Notes under the pieces: model-generated
Told to the model about the DNA's origin: nothing
Database searches by the model: none
The model's input: only the letters and a program-made list of their open reading frames with translations
Program-made: the position numbers and the translations under genes
DNA from: Octopus sinensis
Lineage: Eukaryota
NCBI RefSeq assembly: GCF_006345805.1
Contig: NC_043009.1
Location: 55,490,001-55,554,000, forward strand
Direction of reading: 5' to 3'
Length of the DNA stretch: 64,000 nucleotides
Shown: piece after piece, positions 26,204-39,289 of the stretch
Layout: each line of letters begins with the position of its first letter
How positions within the stretch are numbered: the stretch's first letter is position 1

Positions 26204-26314
26204 GTTTCACAAATGTTGTTGATTCTGTAATTGAAAAAGAAAATAAAAAATTAATACCATGTTTGCTGCTGTATGTATGATTCACTCTTACATAAGACAC
26301 ACTTATTTCACAAG

Positions 26315-26731
26315 GCACAGGAGTGGTTGTGTAGTAAGTAGCTTGCTTACCAACCACATGGTTCTGTGTTCAGTCCCACTACGTGGCACCTTGGGCAAGT
26401 GTCTTCTGCTATAGCCTCGGGCCAACCAAAGCCTTGTGAGTGGATTTGGTAGATGGAAACTGAAAGAAGCTCATTGTATATATGTATATATATGTGTATG
26501 TATGTGTATATGTTTGTGTGTCTGTGTTTGTCCCCCCCCCACCAACATCGCTTGACAACCGATGGTGGTGTGTTTACGTTCCCGTAACATAGCGGTTTGG
26601 CAAAAGAGACCGATAGAACAAGTACTAGGCTTCCAAAGAATAAGTCCTGGGGTCAATTTGCTCAACTAAAGGTGGTGCTCCAGCATGGCTGCAATCAAAT
26701 GACTGAAACAACTAAAAGAGTAAAAGAGTAA
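26315..26731 (+). mobile_element. SINE family A, ~90 bp upstream of the exon 1 acceptor
   Basis: Full consensus. Confidence 0.85.
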
Positions 26732-26789
26732 GTATATTTTGTGGAAGAAAACCAATTTAGCAGGTTTCATCATACACTTATCAAAAATG

Positions 26790-27500
26790 GTCTTGTAGTG
26801 GGGAAGAGAGAGACTTGGAGACACCACTATGGAAGGTTGCTAAATGAAGAGAATGAATGGGAGAAAGAGAGCCTGCCAAATGTCAACCCAACAGAGGGAC
26901 CAACTATTTGAATTGACAGTACCCTGGTAGATAAAGCAATTAAGGGTAGGAAAACAGGAAAAGCCCCTGGCCCATCAGGAATCACTAAGATGCTTAAAAT
27001 ATCTGGTGGTGTAGGCTATATTCTAGTCACCCATATAGTTAACCAGGTGATACATGAAGGAGTCATACCCAATGACTAATGTAGCAGCACCATAGTCAAC
27101 TGCTACAAAGGTAAAGGTGACACCTTAGATAGAAATAATTACAGAGGTATCAAATTGTTGGATCAGATGATGAAAGTCATGGAGAGGGTCATAGCCCAGT
27201 TAATTCAGGAGAGAGTTAGTTTAGATGAAATGTAATTTGGGTTTGTGCCAAGGAAAAGCACCACTGATGCTACAGGCCGCTCCAGGGAGCTCCTCCTTGC
27301 TCATGACCTTGCTTTAAGAGCTGTGTTACTACCAGAACTAGAGAAAAAGTTTTAGGTGTGGAAGCAAGGTCTAGAATCGAAGCACCTTAGAGTTAACCTA
27401 ACAAAAACCAAAGTTTTAGTATGTAGGAAGATGAACAAATCACAAATTCCTTCAGGTAGATGGCCCTGCTTGATCTGTAGAAAAGGTGTAGGTAGAAAGG
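26790..27500 (+). pseudogene. RTE-like LINE reverse-transcriptase fragment with internal deletion
   Basis: GKAPGPSG; YKGKGD...NYRGIKLL; FGFVPRKSTTDA; LRVNLTKTK...WPCLICRKGVG. Confidence 0.85.
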
Positions 27501-28959
27501 TGGAATTTGAATGCAGAATGAAAAGACAAATGAAATGTCACTAAGCATTGATAATAATAATGATTGTTTTTAATTTAGGTACAAAGTAGACAGTTTTGAG
27601 GGGAAGAGGTTAATTGTTTTACATCAACCTGAGTATATGACTTGTATTTTAAATAATAATTTTGATTTCTAACATTTCCAGACGGTTTCAAAAGAAAAGG
27701 CTGCGAGTGACTACTTACAAAAGAAATAAAGAAGGTCTGAATAATGGTAGAGAATATCATATGAATGTATGTGTTTGCGTGCGCGTGCTTGTGTGTGTGT
27801 GTGTAAGTATGTGGGTGAGTGTGTGTGTGTACAAGTGTGTGTGTACAAATATGTATGTGTGTGTGTGTGTGCATATGTATATGTTTGTATTTGTGTGTGT
27901 GTGTGTGTGTAAGTATGTGTGTACAAGTGGGTGCAAGTATGTATGTGTGTGTACATTTGTGTGTGTGTATATGTGTAAGTATGTGTGTGTGTATATTGTG
28001 TGAGTGTGTGTGTATATATGTGTGTAAGTGTGTGTGTACAAGCATGTGTAAGTGCATGAATGTGTGTATGTGTATGTGTGCATGTGCATACATGTGTGTG
28101 TGTGGTGTGTGTGTGTGTGTGTGTACATGTGTGTGTGTGTGTGTTTGTGTATTAGAGACATATCAGAAGCAATAAATAACAGCGTAACAAAACACTGCTT
28201 CTAAAGGCAAAAACAAACCAGGGCAAGATTTATGCTATGATTATTTAGATCTCAGCTAGGAACCTTAAATGTTTCAGATGACAAGGTAACAAATCAAGTT
28301 GCAAAGAGACACTGTATTTCTTTTCCATTTGTTTAAGATAGTTGGGTGTGATGGGAGATATATTTTACTACTATTTCCATTGGGTCAAGTAAAGGCTCCC
28401 TTGTTGTTTGATAAGTCATACTGAGAAGGCCAAATATCTCCCTATCATTATTTTTAAATAGAGACCATATAATGTCAGCCTTGGATTTTAAGACAACACG
28501 TTTCTCAATTAAGAAGGAATGGCTACAACTAGAAATGTTGGTTAATTGTTTTATTCATTAATGGCCTTTGGATTATATTTCAGAGATCGGTACAAATGTA
28601 TGTATATGCATATTCATACACACAAACATAAATACATACATCATCATCATCATGATCATCATTTAATGTCCCCTTTTCCATGCTGGACATTTTGACAAGA
28701 ACAGATGAGCAAGAAGGCTCTGCCAGGCTCTATGTCTGCTTTGGCATGGTTTCTACAGCTGATGCCCTTTCTAATGCCAACCACTTAAGGGAGTGTATAG
28801 GGTACTTTTTACATGGCATCAACAATGGTGAGATTACCAAGTGTCCACAAGATAAATAAGATTCTTCAACTGAGTGGGAATACAATGGAGGGATAAGAAA
28901 GTATGATAGAGTGAGTGGAGCAGGTGTCTTGCTGAAGATACTGAAGAGGTGAATACCTG

Positions 28960-29003
<44 letters not shown>

Positions 29004-29823
29004 CCAAGTACAAGGTGAATATGAGACAGAATAGGATAGAGGAATAGAAAAGGTAGATGTGTAAGTGCACTGAGTGAAAAATAGTGTGACAGATGATTAG
29101 AAATAAGGAATGATTTGGATGTAGAGAATATCAGTTCAGTGGAGGGAGAGTGACAGAAGGAAACAAGGTAACAAAGAAAATTGACGAAAGTGTTGGTATC
29201 AGAAGATGAATTGTTGGAGGAAGACTTGATGGAATCTCGTTTCTGTCCATCTGCCACTCTCCTTCCAAACTCTAACAAACTTACTTATCTGTTCCCTTGC
29301 TCTGCCTTCTCTAATATTCATCTCTTTGTAGCTTGAAGTTATGTCCTGGGACATCTTTACCATGATCTCTCTTTTCCAATTGAGATAACCACGTATCTCC
29401 TTAACAGCAAGGTGCCTGTTCCTGCCCTGCTATCATACTTCAACCTCTCATTACCTGGCAAAATGCTACCTCCCTCAATACTATATCCATTCAGTTAAGA
29501 GTTCATGTCTTGCAAATTACTTGATGACCTCACTGTTGTCAGTGGTACATGAATACCAGACAGCTCACTCTGTAAAGTGGTTGGCATTATGAAAGCCATC
29601 TAGCAGTAGAAGCCATGCCAAAGCATTGGAGCTTGGCGCAGGTCTCTAGCTCTCCAGCTCCTGTCAAACTGTCCAACATATTTCATCATGGAAAATGGAC
29701 ATTAAATGGTGATATTAATATAATGATGAGGATATATATATATATATATACAATGAACTTCCTTCCACTCACGAGGCTTTGTTCAGCTCATGACTATAAT
29801 ACAGGGCACTTGTTCAATGTGCC

Positions 29824-29960
29824 ACATAGTGGAACTTAACCCATGTATTGCATGAAACTGTTAGTAGCTCATAAAAATATATATATGTTGTGTTTATTAA
29901 ATAATATTTACCTCTCACCAGATGGACTGCATTTTTTGATCTCACCATCATAGTTACTTC

Positions 29961-30004
<44 letters not shown>

Positions 30005-30158
30005 GTGTGTGAGTGTGTGTACCGTTCTATGATGGTAAGATAAAAAAATGCACTCCATCTGGTGAGAGGTAAATATAATTTAATAAACACAACATATATA
30101 TATATTTTTATGAGCTACTAACAGTTTCATGCAATACATGGATTAAGTTCCACTGTGT
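29824..30158. repeat. Inverted repeat with ~130-bp arms around a (TA)n spacer
   Basis: ACATAGTGGAACTTAA...CACCATCATAG versus CTATGATGGT...TTAAGTTCCACTGTGT. Confidence 0.85.
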
Positions 30159-30211
30159 TGAATTTTGTTGAATTTCTTGTTTTGTTGAATTTCTGCTGCT
30201 TTTAAATAAAG

Positions 30212-30265
<54 letters not shown>

Positions 30266-31249
30266 CATACATATATATATACACACACACACATATACAT
30301 TTCATATGTAAATATGTGTGTGTGTATGTGTGTGTGTGTGTAAATGATTTACTTGAAATGAGATAAGGGTTGGTGACAGGAAGGGCAACCAGCTGTACCT
30401 CAATAAGTATCATCCATCTCATGTTAGAACAGACTAAATCAATGTAAAGCCATGATGGTGATAATGATAATGATGATGATAATAACGATGAAGACCATTA
30501 TCACATTTATATTGTTTTTTTTCTTCGTTCTTTTTTTTGTTTTTTATATTAATCTTTAAATTCTCATAACTATTTTGCTTAATATGGCTTTATACCCACT
30601 TTCTAGGAAAACGACTTTAATTTCTAGTCCCTGTTCGGAGAATTATCTAAATATTCAAATGTTAAAAAAAAGAAGAAGAAAAATAAAATAAAAATGGAAT
30701 AGAAAATGCATCAGCAACAGCAATAGCAAGTCAGTCCCTCAAGGATAGTTGCAGTCTAAAATGACTAAAATCAGTAAAGGAATAAAAAGAATGCACGAAA
30801 TATGATTCCGTTTGGTCGCATGTGACAAGGAAACTTCAAAGTAGGTGTGTGATGCATTTAAATTACTTTCTCTTGTTTAAACAAGTATTATGCTAAGAAA
30901 GTTGGTATTGTTGTTAGTAAAGAGATCACATGAAAAGATTACGAAATAATAGAAGAGGTGTGGAAGGGGTCCAGAAACATGAGATGTTGTGTGTGTTGCA
31001 TTGTTGTCAGTGAATAAATGCTTACTATCTTGTGCTTGTGACTGCTCTTTTAGCAGAAATAAAAATAGGCCTAGAATATATTTGAATGGAAGAGATAATT
31101 CGTACTCTTATTTCACACACACACACACACACATGTATGCACACACATGCATGCATAAACATGCACATGCACACACACATACATATATACTTATATATAT
31201 ATATATATGTATGTTTATATATATATGTGTGTTTATATATATATGTATC

Positions 31250-31477
31250 ATGTTAAACGATGATGATGATGATGATACACACACACACATGCATATATAT
31301 GTTTACATACATATGCACAAATATATATATACACATATGTGTGTATATATATATGTATATACATATATATACATATATATATACACACATATGTGTATAT
31401 ATATATTTGTGCATATGTATGTAAACATATATATGCATGTGTGTGTGTGTATCATCATCATCATCATCGTTTAACAT
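31250..31477. repeat. Near-perfect ~228-bp palindrome
   Basis: Both strands read ATGTTAAACGATGATG...; identical peptide appears in the + and - ORFs. Confidence 0.9.
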
Positions 31478-32040
31478 CCGCTTTCCATGCTAGCATGGGT
31501 TGGACGATTTGACTAAGATCTGGCAATCCAGATGGCTGCACCAGACTCCAATCTGATCTGGCAGAGTTTCTACAACTGGATACCCTTCCTAATGCCAACC
31601 ACTCCGAGAGTGTAGTGGATGCTTTTATGTGCCACCAGCACGAGGGCCAGTCTGGCGGTACTGGCAATGGCCACGCTCAAATGGTGCTTTTTATGTGCCA
31701 CCGGCACAGGAGCCAATCCAGTGGCACTGGCAACGATCTTGCTCAAATATCTTTTATATGTATATATATATATGCCAGCCTCGTCTGGCACCTGTGTCGG
31801 TGGCACATAAAAAACACCATCCGAGCGTGGCCGTCTGCCAGCCTCGTCTGGCACCTGTATCGGTGGCACATAAAATCATCCACTACACTCTCGGAGTGGT
31901 TGGCGTTAGGAAGGGCATCCAGCTGTAGAAACACTGCCAGATCTGACTGGCCTGGTGCAGCCTTCGGCCTTGCCAGACCCCATTTGAACCGTCCAACCCA
32001 TGCTAGCATGGAAAGCGGACGTTAAACGATGATGATGATG
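31462..32040. mobile_element. Two family C copies in inverted orientation
   Basis: Minus copy ~31462-31760 and plus copy ~31775-32040, both GAT-tailed outward. Confidence 0.8.
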
Positions 32041-32279
32041 AAAGAAATAATTAAGATTCAGTTGAATTAAGTACTTAAGTTGAGGCACGAAGTCAGTCCA
32101 GTATGGTCTGCACAGCTAAAGCAAATAAGTAACAAGGATGTCTCGGTATCAGTGCATTATGGCTGTTTCAAGTGGCTCCATTTAATCCAAAGATGAAAAC
32201 ATTTACGATACATTGATCGACTAAATGGAGCCACATTAACAGCTCCATTTAGAGTTCTAAATCCATATATTATCATCAT

Positions 32280-32343
<64 letters not shown>

Positions 32344-32349
<6 letters not shown>

Positions 32350-32974
32350 CGATTTAGGAGTGACCCCAACAGGTCACTCGTCCACCAGAAAGAGCAGCCA
32401 TAACTCACACCGCCAAGTATTAGTAATTCAGAATGGTGAAATTTAAAAACATTTACCCTAATTCATCTTTTAGACGTTGCAATGTTTCTGTGTCATTAAT
32501 GATTAAATTAGCTTAATTAAATTAATTAAGCCAATCTACCATAGGTTCACTTCATCAGTAAAAGACCTGGAGAGACAAATATACACGAGGCGTCTGTACG
32601 ATGCCTACGGATATCTGACTTAAAATTTTCAAGACTGACGTATTCGTGCCAAACTTAGTTTGGCGCGAATACGTCAGTCTTGAAAATTTTAAGTCAGATA
32701 TCCCGTAGCATCGATACAGACGCTCGTGTATATTTGTCTCTCCAGGTCTTTTACTGATGAAGTGTAACCTATGGTAGATTGGCTTAATTTAATTTAATTA
32801 AGCTAATTTAATCATTAATGACACAGAAACGTTGCAACGTCTAAAAGATGAATTAGGGTAAATGTTTTTAAATTTTCACCTAATTTCTGAATTACTAATA
32901 CTTGGCGGTGTGAGTTATGGCTGCTCTTTCTGGTGGACGAGTGACCTGTTGGGGTCACTCCTAAATCGTTATAT
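32344..32974. repeat. ~630-bp palindrome with a 3-nt loop
   Basis: Centre GCCAAAC-TTA-GTTTGGC at 32648-32664; arms ~311 and ~317 bp. Confidence 0.95.
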
Positions 32975-33429
32975 TTTATTTTAGTCGATGACTATTTTCT
33001 CTTTTTCACCAGGCCCGCTGTTGCGATAAATTTCTATTGAATTTTTTGCTACCCTAAATTGACTAATATATATATATATATATATTGGGAAGTTAAATGT
33101 TATGGCTGGTCATAGAGTGCTCTTGGTTTGCACCTATAGAGCTTTGCTGTATAGACAACTCACCAAACTCAAATGGCCAAAGGTGCATAACCTCTCTACA
33201 ACAGGAAGTAAATATTCATCATGGTCAGTTAGTTTTTAAACAGAAAATATTTGTCTGTGCAGTAGGTGGATGGGTTTAACTCGCTTACATCGGCTGTAGC
33301 TGTGGTGATATTCAAAGGAGCTGTGGAAGGGCTATTCAATAAATGGGGAATTCTAAGTTTCTAGTAGGAAATGTTTTAGGTGCAGGCATTGACTAAATAC
33401 TTCTCTCCTGGAGTTTTAAAGGTCCCTGG

Positions 33430-33534
33430 GTTGAGTAAATTTATTAGGTTTCTTGTCCTCTCTACCAAGCAAAGCTTACATAGTTTGATCCTGTTTATAT
33501 AAGTCTCCAGTTATTCAAGGAGCTTCCATTTAAT
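33430..33534 (-). pseudogene. Possible Penelope GIY-YIG C-terminal remnant
   Basis: IKWKLLE*LETYINRIKLCKLCLVER...LLN resembles the IKW...C.LC..E..LLN end of Penelope ORFs (from recall). Confidence 0.4.
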
Positions 33535-34816
33535 CATCAATAAGAGTTGGTGACAGAAAGGGCAACCAGCTGTACCTCAATAAGTATCATCCATCTCATG
33601 TTAGAATAGACTAAATCAATGTAAAACCATGATGGTGATAATGATAATAATGATGATAATGAAGACAACGACCATTATCACATTTATATTGTTTCTTTTC
33701 TTCATTCTGTTTTTGTTATTTATATTAATCTTTAAATTCTCATAACTATTTTGTTTAATATGGCTTTATACCCACTTTCTTGGAAAACAATGATAAAATA
33801 AAAATATAAACAAAAAGATAGGTACTACTGACAAGAACATAACAGCGCACAGGGCTAAACAGTGCATATTTGTAGAGTAACCTATCCTGCTGGGCCAAGT
33901 GACAGACAAATTATCATTGTTAAGTATCAGGAACAATTTATAGTATGACATAATGAGAAGCGGTCATCCTGTACCAAAAAATCAGTACCAGTGATTACAA
34001 TTCATGCAGTAAATGTAATATAATGGCTCTGGTTTTATTGACAGATTTGTTGCATATTTTTCATCTCATGGTGCTTATTGTGCCAAACACTAGAGATATT
34101 ATTTCGTTTTTGGATTTGGTTGAAAAGATTCTTTATATGAGTTTGTGTGTTGAAGCATATTCTGTTGTGTCTGGGGAGAGTCATTTTCTTTTTGTGTCTT
34201 ATGATTTAACACACTCACTGGTAAAATTTCCTCTTATTTCTTATTTTATTTTATTTTATTTTATTTTTTTAAGTGGAAATTTTACTGGTGAGTGGTGTTA
34301 AATCATAAGGCACAAAAAAAAAAATGACTCTCCCTAGACACAACAGAACTAGAGATATTAGTTCTCTGTAATTCTTCCACTCCTTTTAGACTTCTAAATC
34401 CAATATATTATCATCATCAGGCCCACTTCTGATACTAGCAAATATTATTGAGGTCACAGAACCTATTTGCTATACTTAAGCAGTTAGACTTTTGTTCAAT
34501 CTACAGTTTTCAGTTCATGCTACAGATAATTTTGCGATCTTCTAATTCAATATCAAGGAATGCTATTAAATGTTGCTGTTGTTGTTGTTGTTGTTGTTGC
34601 TGCTGCTGATGCTTCTGTTGAAGGCAATGGTGACGAGGGTGGTTCCTGGTCTTAATTTGAGTTTTACAAATAAGATGTTTGTAAGGGTGACCTGATTGGT
34701 TGAAACAGGAAACAAACAAAGCAAAAACCAACTTGGAAATTTATATTGATTTCCCATTAAGCAGCAATTCCTCTAAGCATGAGTAAAACCAAATGCAAAA
34801 ATATAGTACACACATG

Positions 34817-34850
<34 letters not shown>

Positions 34851-35240
34851 TGTATGTATGTATGGGTGTGTGTTTTTAATTTTCTGAGTTTATAGCAGAT
34901 ATCTTTTGTTTACTTTTTTTACTTTTAGAATTTCCAGTTAACAATTGGATAACGTTTTCAAAGACAAAATATGAAAGATTGGGTTGAATGGGAGAGAGGT
35001 TGATGTCAAAAGTAAAATATAATTAGAATCAAAATTAAAAGGAGGAAATACCCATTTACGTGGTTTCAATGATTTATTTATCTATTTATTTATTTTTATT
35101 TATATATTTTATTTTATTTAGCTTGTTATCTCTAATCTATATTTGATAGTTAGCAGAGCCTGGTTGTCGCCATTTATGTGTGTGTGTGTATATATATATA
35201 TATACACACACATAAATATATATACATATGTATAATATTT

Positions 35241-35305
<65 letters not shown>

Positions 35306-35353
35306 GTACACATTTATATATGTACATATATTTCATATATATATATGCACACA

Positions 35354-35419
<66 letters not shown>

Positions 35420-35761
35420 TATACATTTATATATGTACACACATATATATATATAATATTTATGTTTTGTTATATACATATATCTATATATTTCAACAAA
35501 ATCAATAAATGTACCCCTCTCTCTCCCTTCTTTTTCTGCAAAGTCAGACCTGCAGTTAGCGTAGGAGTTACGTAGCGAAATCTCCCATATCTACGTGTCA
35601 GCACATATTGTGTACACTTCAGTGCAAGAAATCTGTATTATTGTCTCGCAATCTTAATTTTTCTTATTTTTCTTCCTTTCATTATTGACTATTGTTTTTA
35701 AATTCTTTTATTTTTTTGGCATTTTGTTTTACCATTCCATTTTCCATCTTACTCTCTCTCA

Positions 35762-35792
<31 letters not shown>

Positions 35793-36270
35793 TGTCTGCC
35801 TGAATCTTTCTGGTTTTATCTCTTTCCTTCTTTCCTTTTGTCTCATTTTCTAAGTAATTCAATCAGTCTCTCTTTTACTCTGTCCATCTGATTTTTTTTT
35901 CATTCTCTTTCTCTTTCCCTTTCTCTATCTGTCTCTTCCTCTCCTCTTCGTCTTTTGCTTCTAAAATAAAGTAAAAAGTGAGTACAATACAATCGACCAT
36001 TATTGATTTCTTTTGATTGGAGCACATGAATCAAATGTTTAGAAGAAGAGAGGTAAGCATGGCAGAATGAAACACACCCACAGGATCCTATTGGTTTTTC
36101 TGAGCAATAAGAAGCATAGCTGTGTAGTTATGGAGTTCATTTCATGGCCATGTGGTTCTATGTTTGATTTCATTGCGCATATGTCTCTCACTGTAGTCTT
36201 GTGTTGACCAATGTGAATGGAATTTGGTTGATGGAAATTATGCAGAAACCCACTGAGTATAATATATATA

Positions 36271-36330
<60 letters not shown>

Positions 36331-36424
36331 TACTTTATTTAAGCAGCATAAAATTCAACAAAACCTGTTACTCTGAGTTTCACATTCCCATTCGTCGGAC
36401 AGTTTTTGCTATATATACATATAT

Positions 36425-36474
36425 ATAGACAGATAGATAGATAGATAGGCAGCCAGATAGATAGACAGGCAGAC

Positions 36475-36553
<79 letters not shown>

Positions 36554-36573
36554 CAGATAGATAGATAGGTAGG

Positions 36574-36623
<50 letters not shown>

Positions 36624-36690
36624 CACAGACAGAAAGACAGACAGATAGATGGACAGCCAGACAGACAGACAGACGGATGGACAGATGGAT
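36425..36690. repeat. (TAGA)n/(CAGA)n microsatellite
   Basis: Direct inspection. Confidence 0.95.
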
Positions 36691-37397
36691 GGTTCTATTA
36701 ACTAATGTCTTCTAAGCACTAACTCCATTTAAGTTATCTCACACTTCTCTCTCCATCCCAACTAACTTTCTAATATTTTTCTCTTTACCCATTGCACGAC
36801 CCCTCTCACCTAGCCTTCCATTAAATCTACGTATTTATAAATTCTGTTCTGTGCTATGCTATTCACCAAAATCTTTTGATGAAAATAATATGATTTATTT
36901 TATTTCATTTCATGAAGGTGAAAAGCTCCTGTGTTATTCCAAACTACTATGCTATTATGGGACTTTAATACATGATATGGCACCAGTCATTGTATGTTAA
37001 TACATAACATGGTGCCAGTGATTGTTCATCAACAAAGGTATGCAAATAATACATTAGGTGGATCATGGACGATACTTACTCTGTCAATGTCCCAAACCAT
37101 TTTACAATGAACAACAAAGGAAAGAAAATAACACACTAAACATCACTACAAATTGTCCAAACTCACAGACCACCTACACAATGAAACCACTAAAGACTAC
37201 CTGGATATGTGAAGAGGACGGTTAATTGTTGCAGCAAGTTTCAACTACCCATAGTGTATGTTACTATATCATAACTCACCTCCAAATACTCAGAAACATA
37301 TGTGGTGTCCCAGATTACTACAACTGTACTATCCTGAAAACACACACACTCACTCTCTACCTTTCTTTTCTCTCTTCCTTTCTCTCTCTATCTCTTT

Positions 37398-37612
37398 GAG
37401 CTGGCAGAAACGTTAGCACGCTGGGCGAAATGCGTAGCTGTATTTCGTCTGCCGTTACGTTCTGAGTTCAAATTCCGCCGAGGTCGACTTTGCCTTTCAT
37501 CCTTTCGGGGTCGATAAATTAAGTACCAGTTATGCACTGGGGTCAATATAATCGACTTAATCCCTTTGTCTGTCCCCTCTATGTTTAGCCCCTTGTGGGC
37601 AATAAAGAAATA
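37398..37612 (+). mobile_element. SINE family B
   Basis: Consensus match. Confidence 0.85.
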
Positions 37613-37809
37613 TATCTCTTTTTCCCTCATCTCTGAAGGATAGAAAAACCACACACACAGGCACAAGCATAATTATGTTACCCAACCACATGGTTTTGGG
37701 TTTCAGTCCCTCTCTGTGTCAACTTGAGCAAGTGTCTTCTATTATAACCCTAGGCAGACCAAAGACTTGTGAAGGGATTTGGTAGACAGAAACTGAAAAG
37801 GAGCCTATC

Positions 37810-37840
<31 letters not shown>

Positions 37841-38439
37841 TGTATGTATGTATGTATGTATGTATGTATGCATGCATGCATGTGTGTGTGTATATATATA
37901 TATTATGTGTGTATGCATGTATGTGTGTGTCACTGTCTTCTTGCTTACAAAATGCGTAATAGATGTACGCAAGTGTCACCATCATGCAAGCAATATCCTT
38001 TGTTTCCAGTCCTCTATGAAAGCATGTCTAGTCATGAGGGAGTTATTACCTGTTTGGAAACAGGTTAGGGTTGGTGAGAGGGAGGGCATCCGACTATAGA
38101 AAAACCAGCAACAACAACAAATTCCATCCAACCAATGCAAGCTTGGAAAAGGAGACAATAAAGTACTGCTGTTGTTGCTGATGGTGATGATGATGATTAT
38201 GATGATGATGATGATACATATAAGAGCAGTGACCTCAATAACCTCACTGGCTCCAAACACTGCATTAGGCATGCACTCCTCCAGTAATAAGTGGGACAGC
38301 AATTACCAGACTCTGACTAAGTCCACTTTGTCCATCTCTGTTGTGGTCACCACTAGAATGTATTAGTGTACAGAAATAGACTGGACACTGGAGAGTAAGC
38401 AATATGTTCAACAAACTACATATGGTTTCATGTGGCACG

Positions 38440-38830
38440 GCTGTGTATTAAGAAGCTTGCTTCCCAACCACATAGTTCTGGGTTCAATCCCACAGCATGA
38501 CATCTCGGGCAAGTAACTTCTACTATAACCTGAGACTAACCAAAGCCTTGTGAGTAAATTTGGTAGCTGGAAACTGAAAGAAACCTGCTGTATGTGTGTG
38601 TGTGTGTGTGGTGTGTGTGTGTGTGCGCGCGCGCGTGTGTGTTTGACAACCGGTGGTGGTGTGCTTATGTCCCCATAACCTAGTGGTTTGACAAAAAGAG
38701 ATTGATAGAATAAGTACTAGGTCTAACGAAAAGTAAGTACTGGGGTTGATACATTCAACTGAAAATTCTTCAGGGCTGTGCCCCAGGATGGCTGCAGTCT
38801 GTTGACTGAGACAGGTATAAGATAAAAGAT
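38440..38830 (+). mobile_element. Diverged SINE family A
   Basis: Head, internal TG tract and tail recognisable. Confidence 0.7.
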
Positions 38831-38959
38831 GTGATGTTTTACTGCATGTGCAGTATGGTACTCAGGTAGTTGGTCATGGATTTGCAGGTTGCAGACACGA
38901 GATAGGTCTATGGGTTGCACATTATTGCTGTTTGGCCAATCGTTTGACCTGAACTGCAT

Positions 38960-38964
38960 AACAG

Positions 38965-39010
<46 letters not shown>

Positions 39011-39260
39011 GTCATCATCATCATCATCGTCATCATCGTCATCATCATCATCATCATCATCAACAACAATAACAACAGCAGCAGCAGCAGCAACAACAAC
39101 AACATCAACAACAACAAAAACAACAGCAACAACAACAGCAACAACAACAACATCAACAACAACAAAAACAACAGCAACAACAACAGCAACAACAACAACA
39201 GCAGCAGCAACAACAACATCAACAAAAGAAAAAAACAACAAGAACCACTGCCACAATAAC
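38960..39260. repeat. (CAT)n/(CAA)n/(CAG)n trinucleotide array
   Basis: Direct inspection. Confidence 0.95.
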
Positions 39261-39289
39261 AACAGTAGTACTCACAATATACATACTCT

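Noticed and set aside
34510-34731. PolyQ ORF, or the alternative frame DQEPPSSPLPSTEASAAATTT
   Set aside because: Built around a CAA/CAG repeat; weak acceptor; no recognisable domain.
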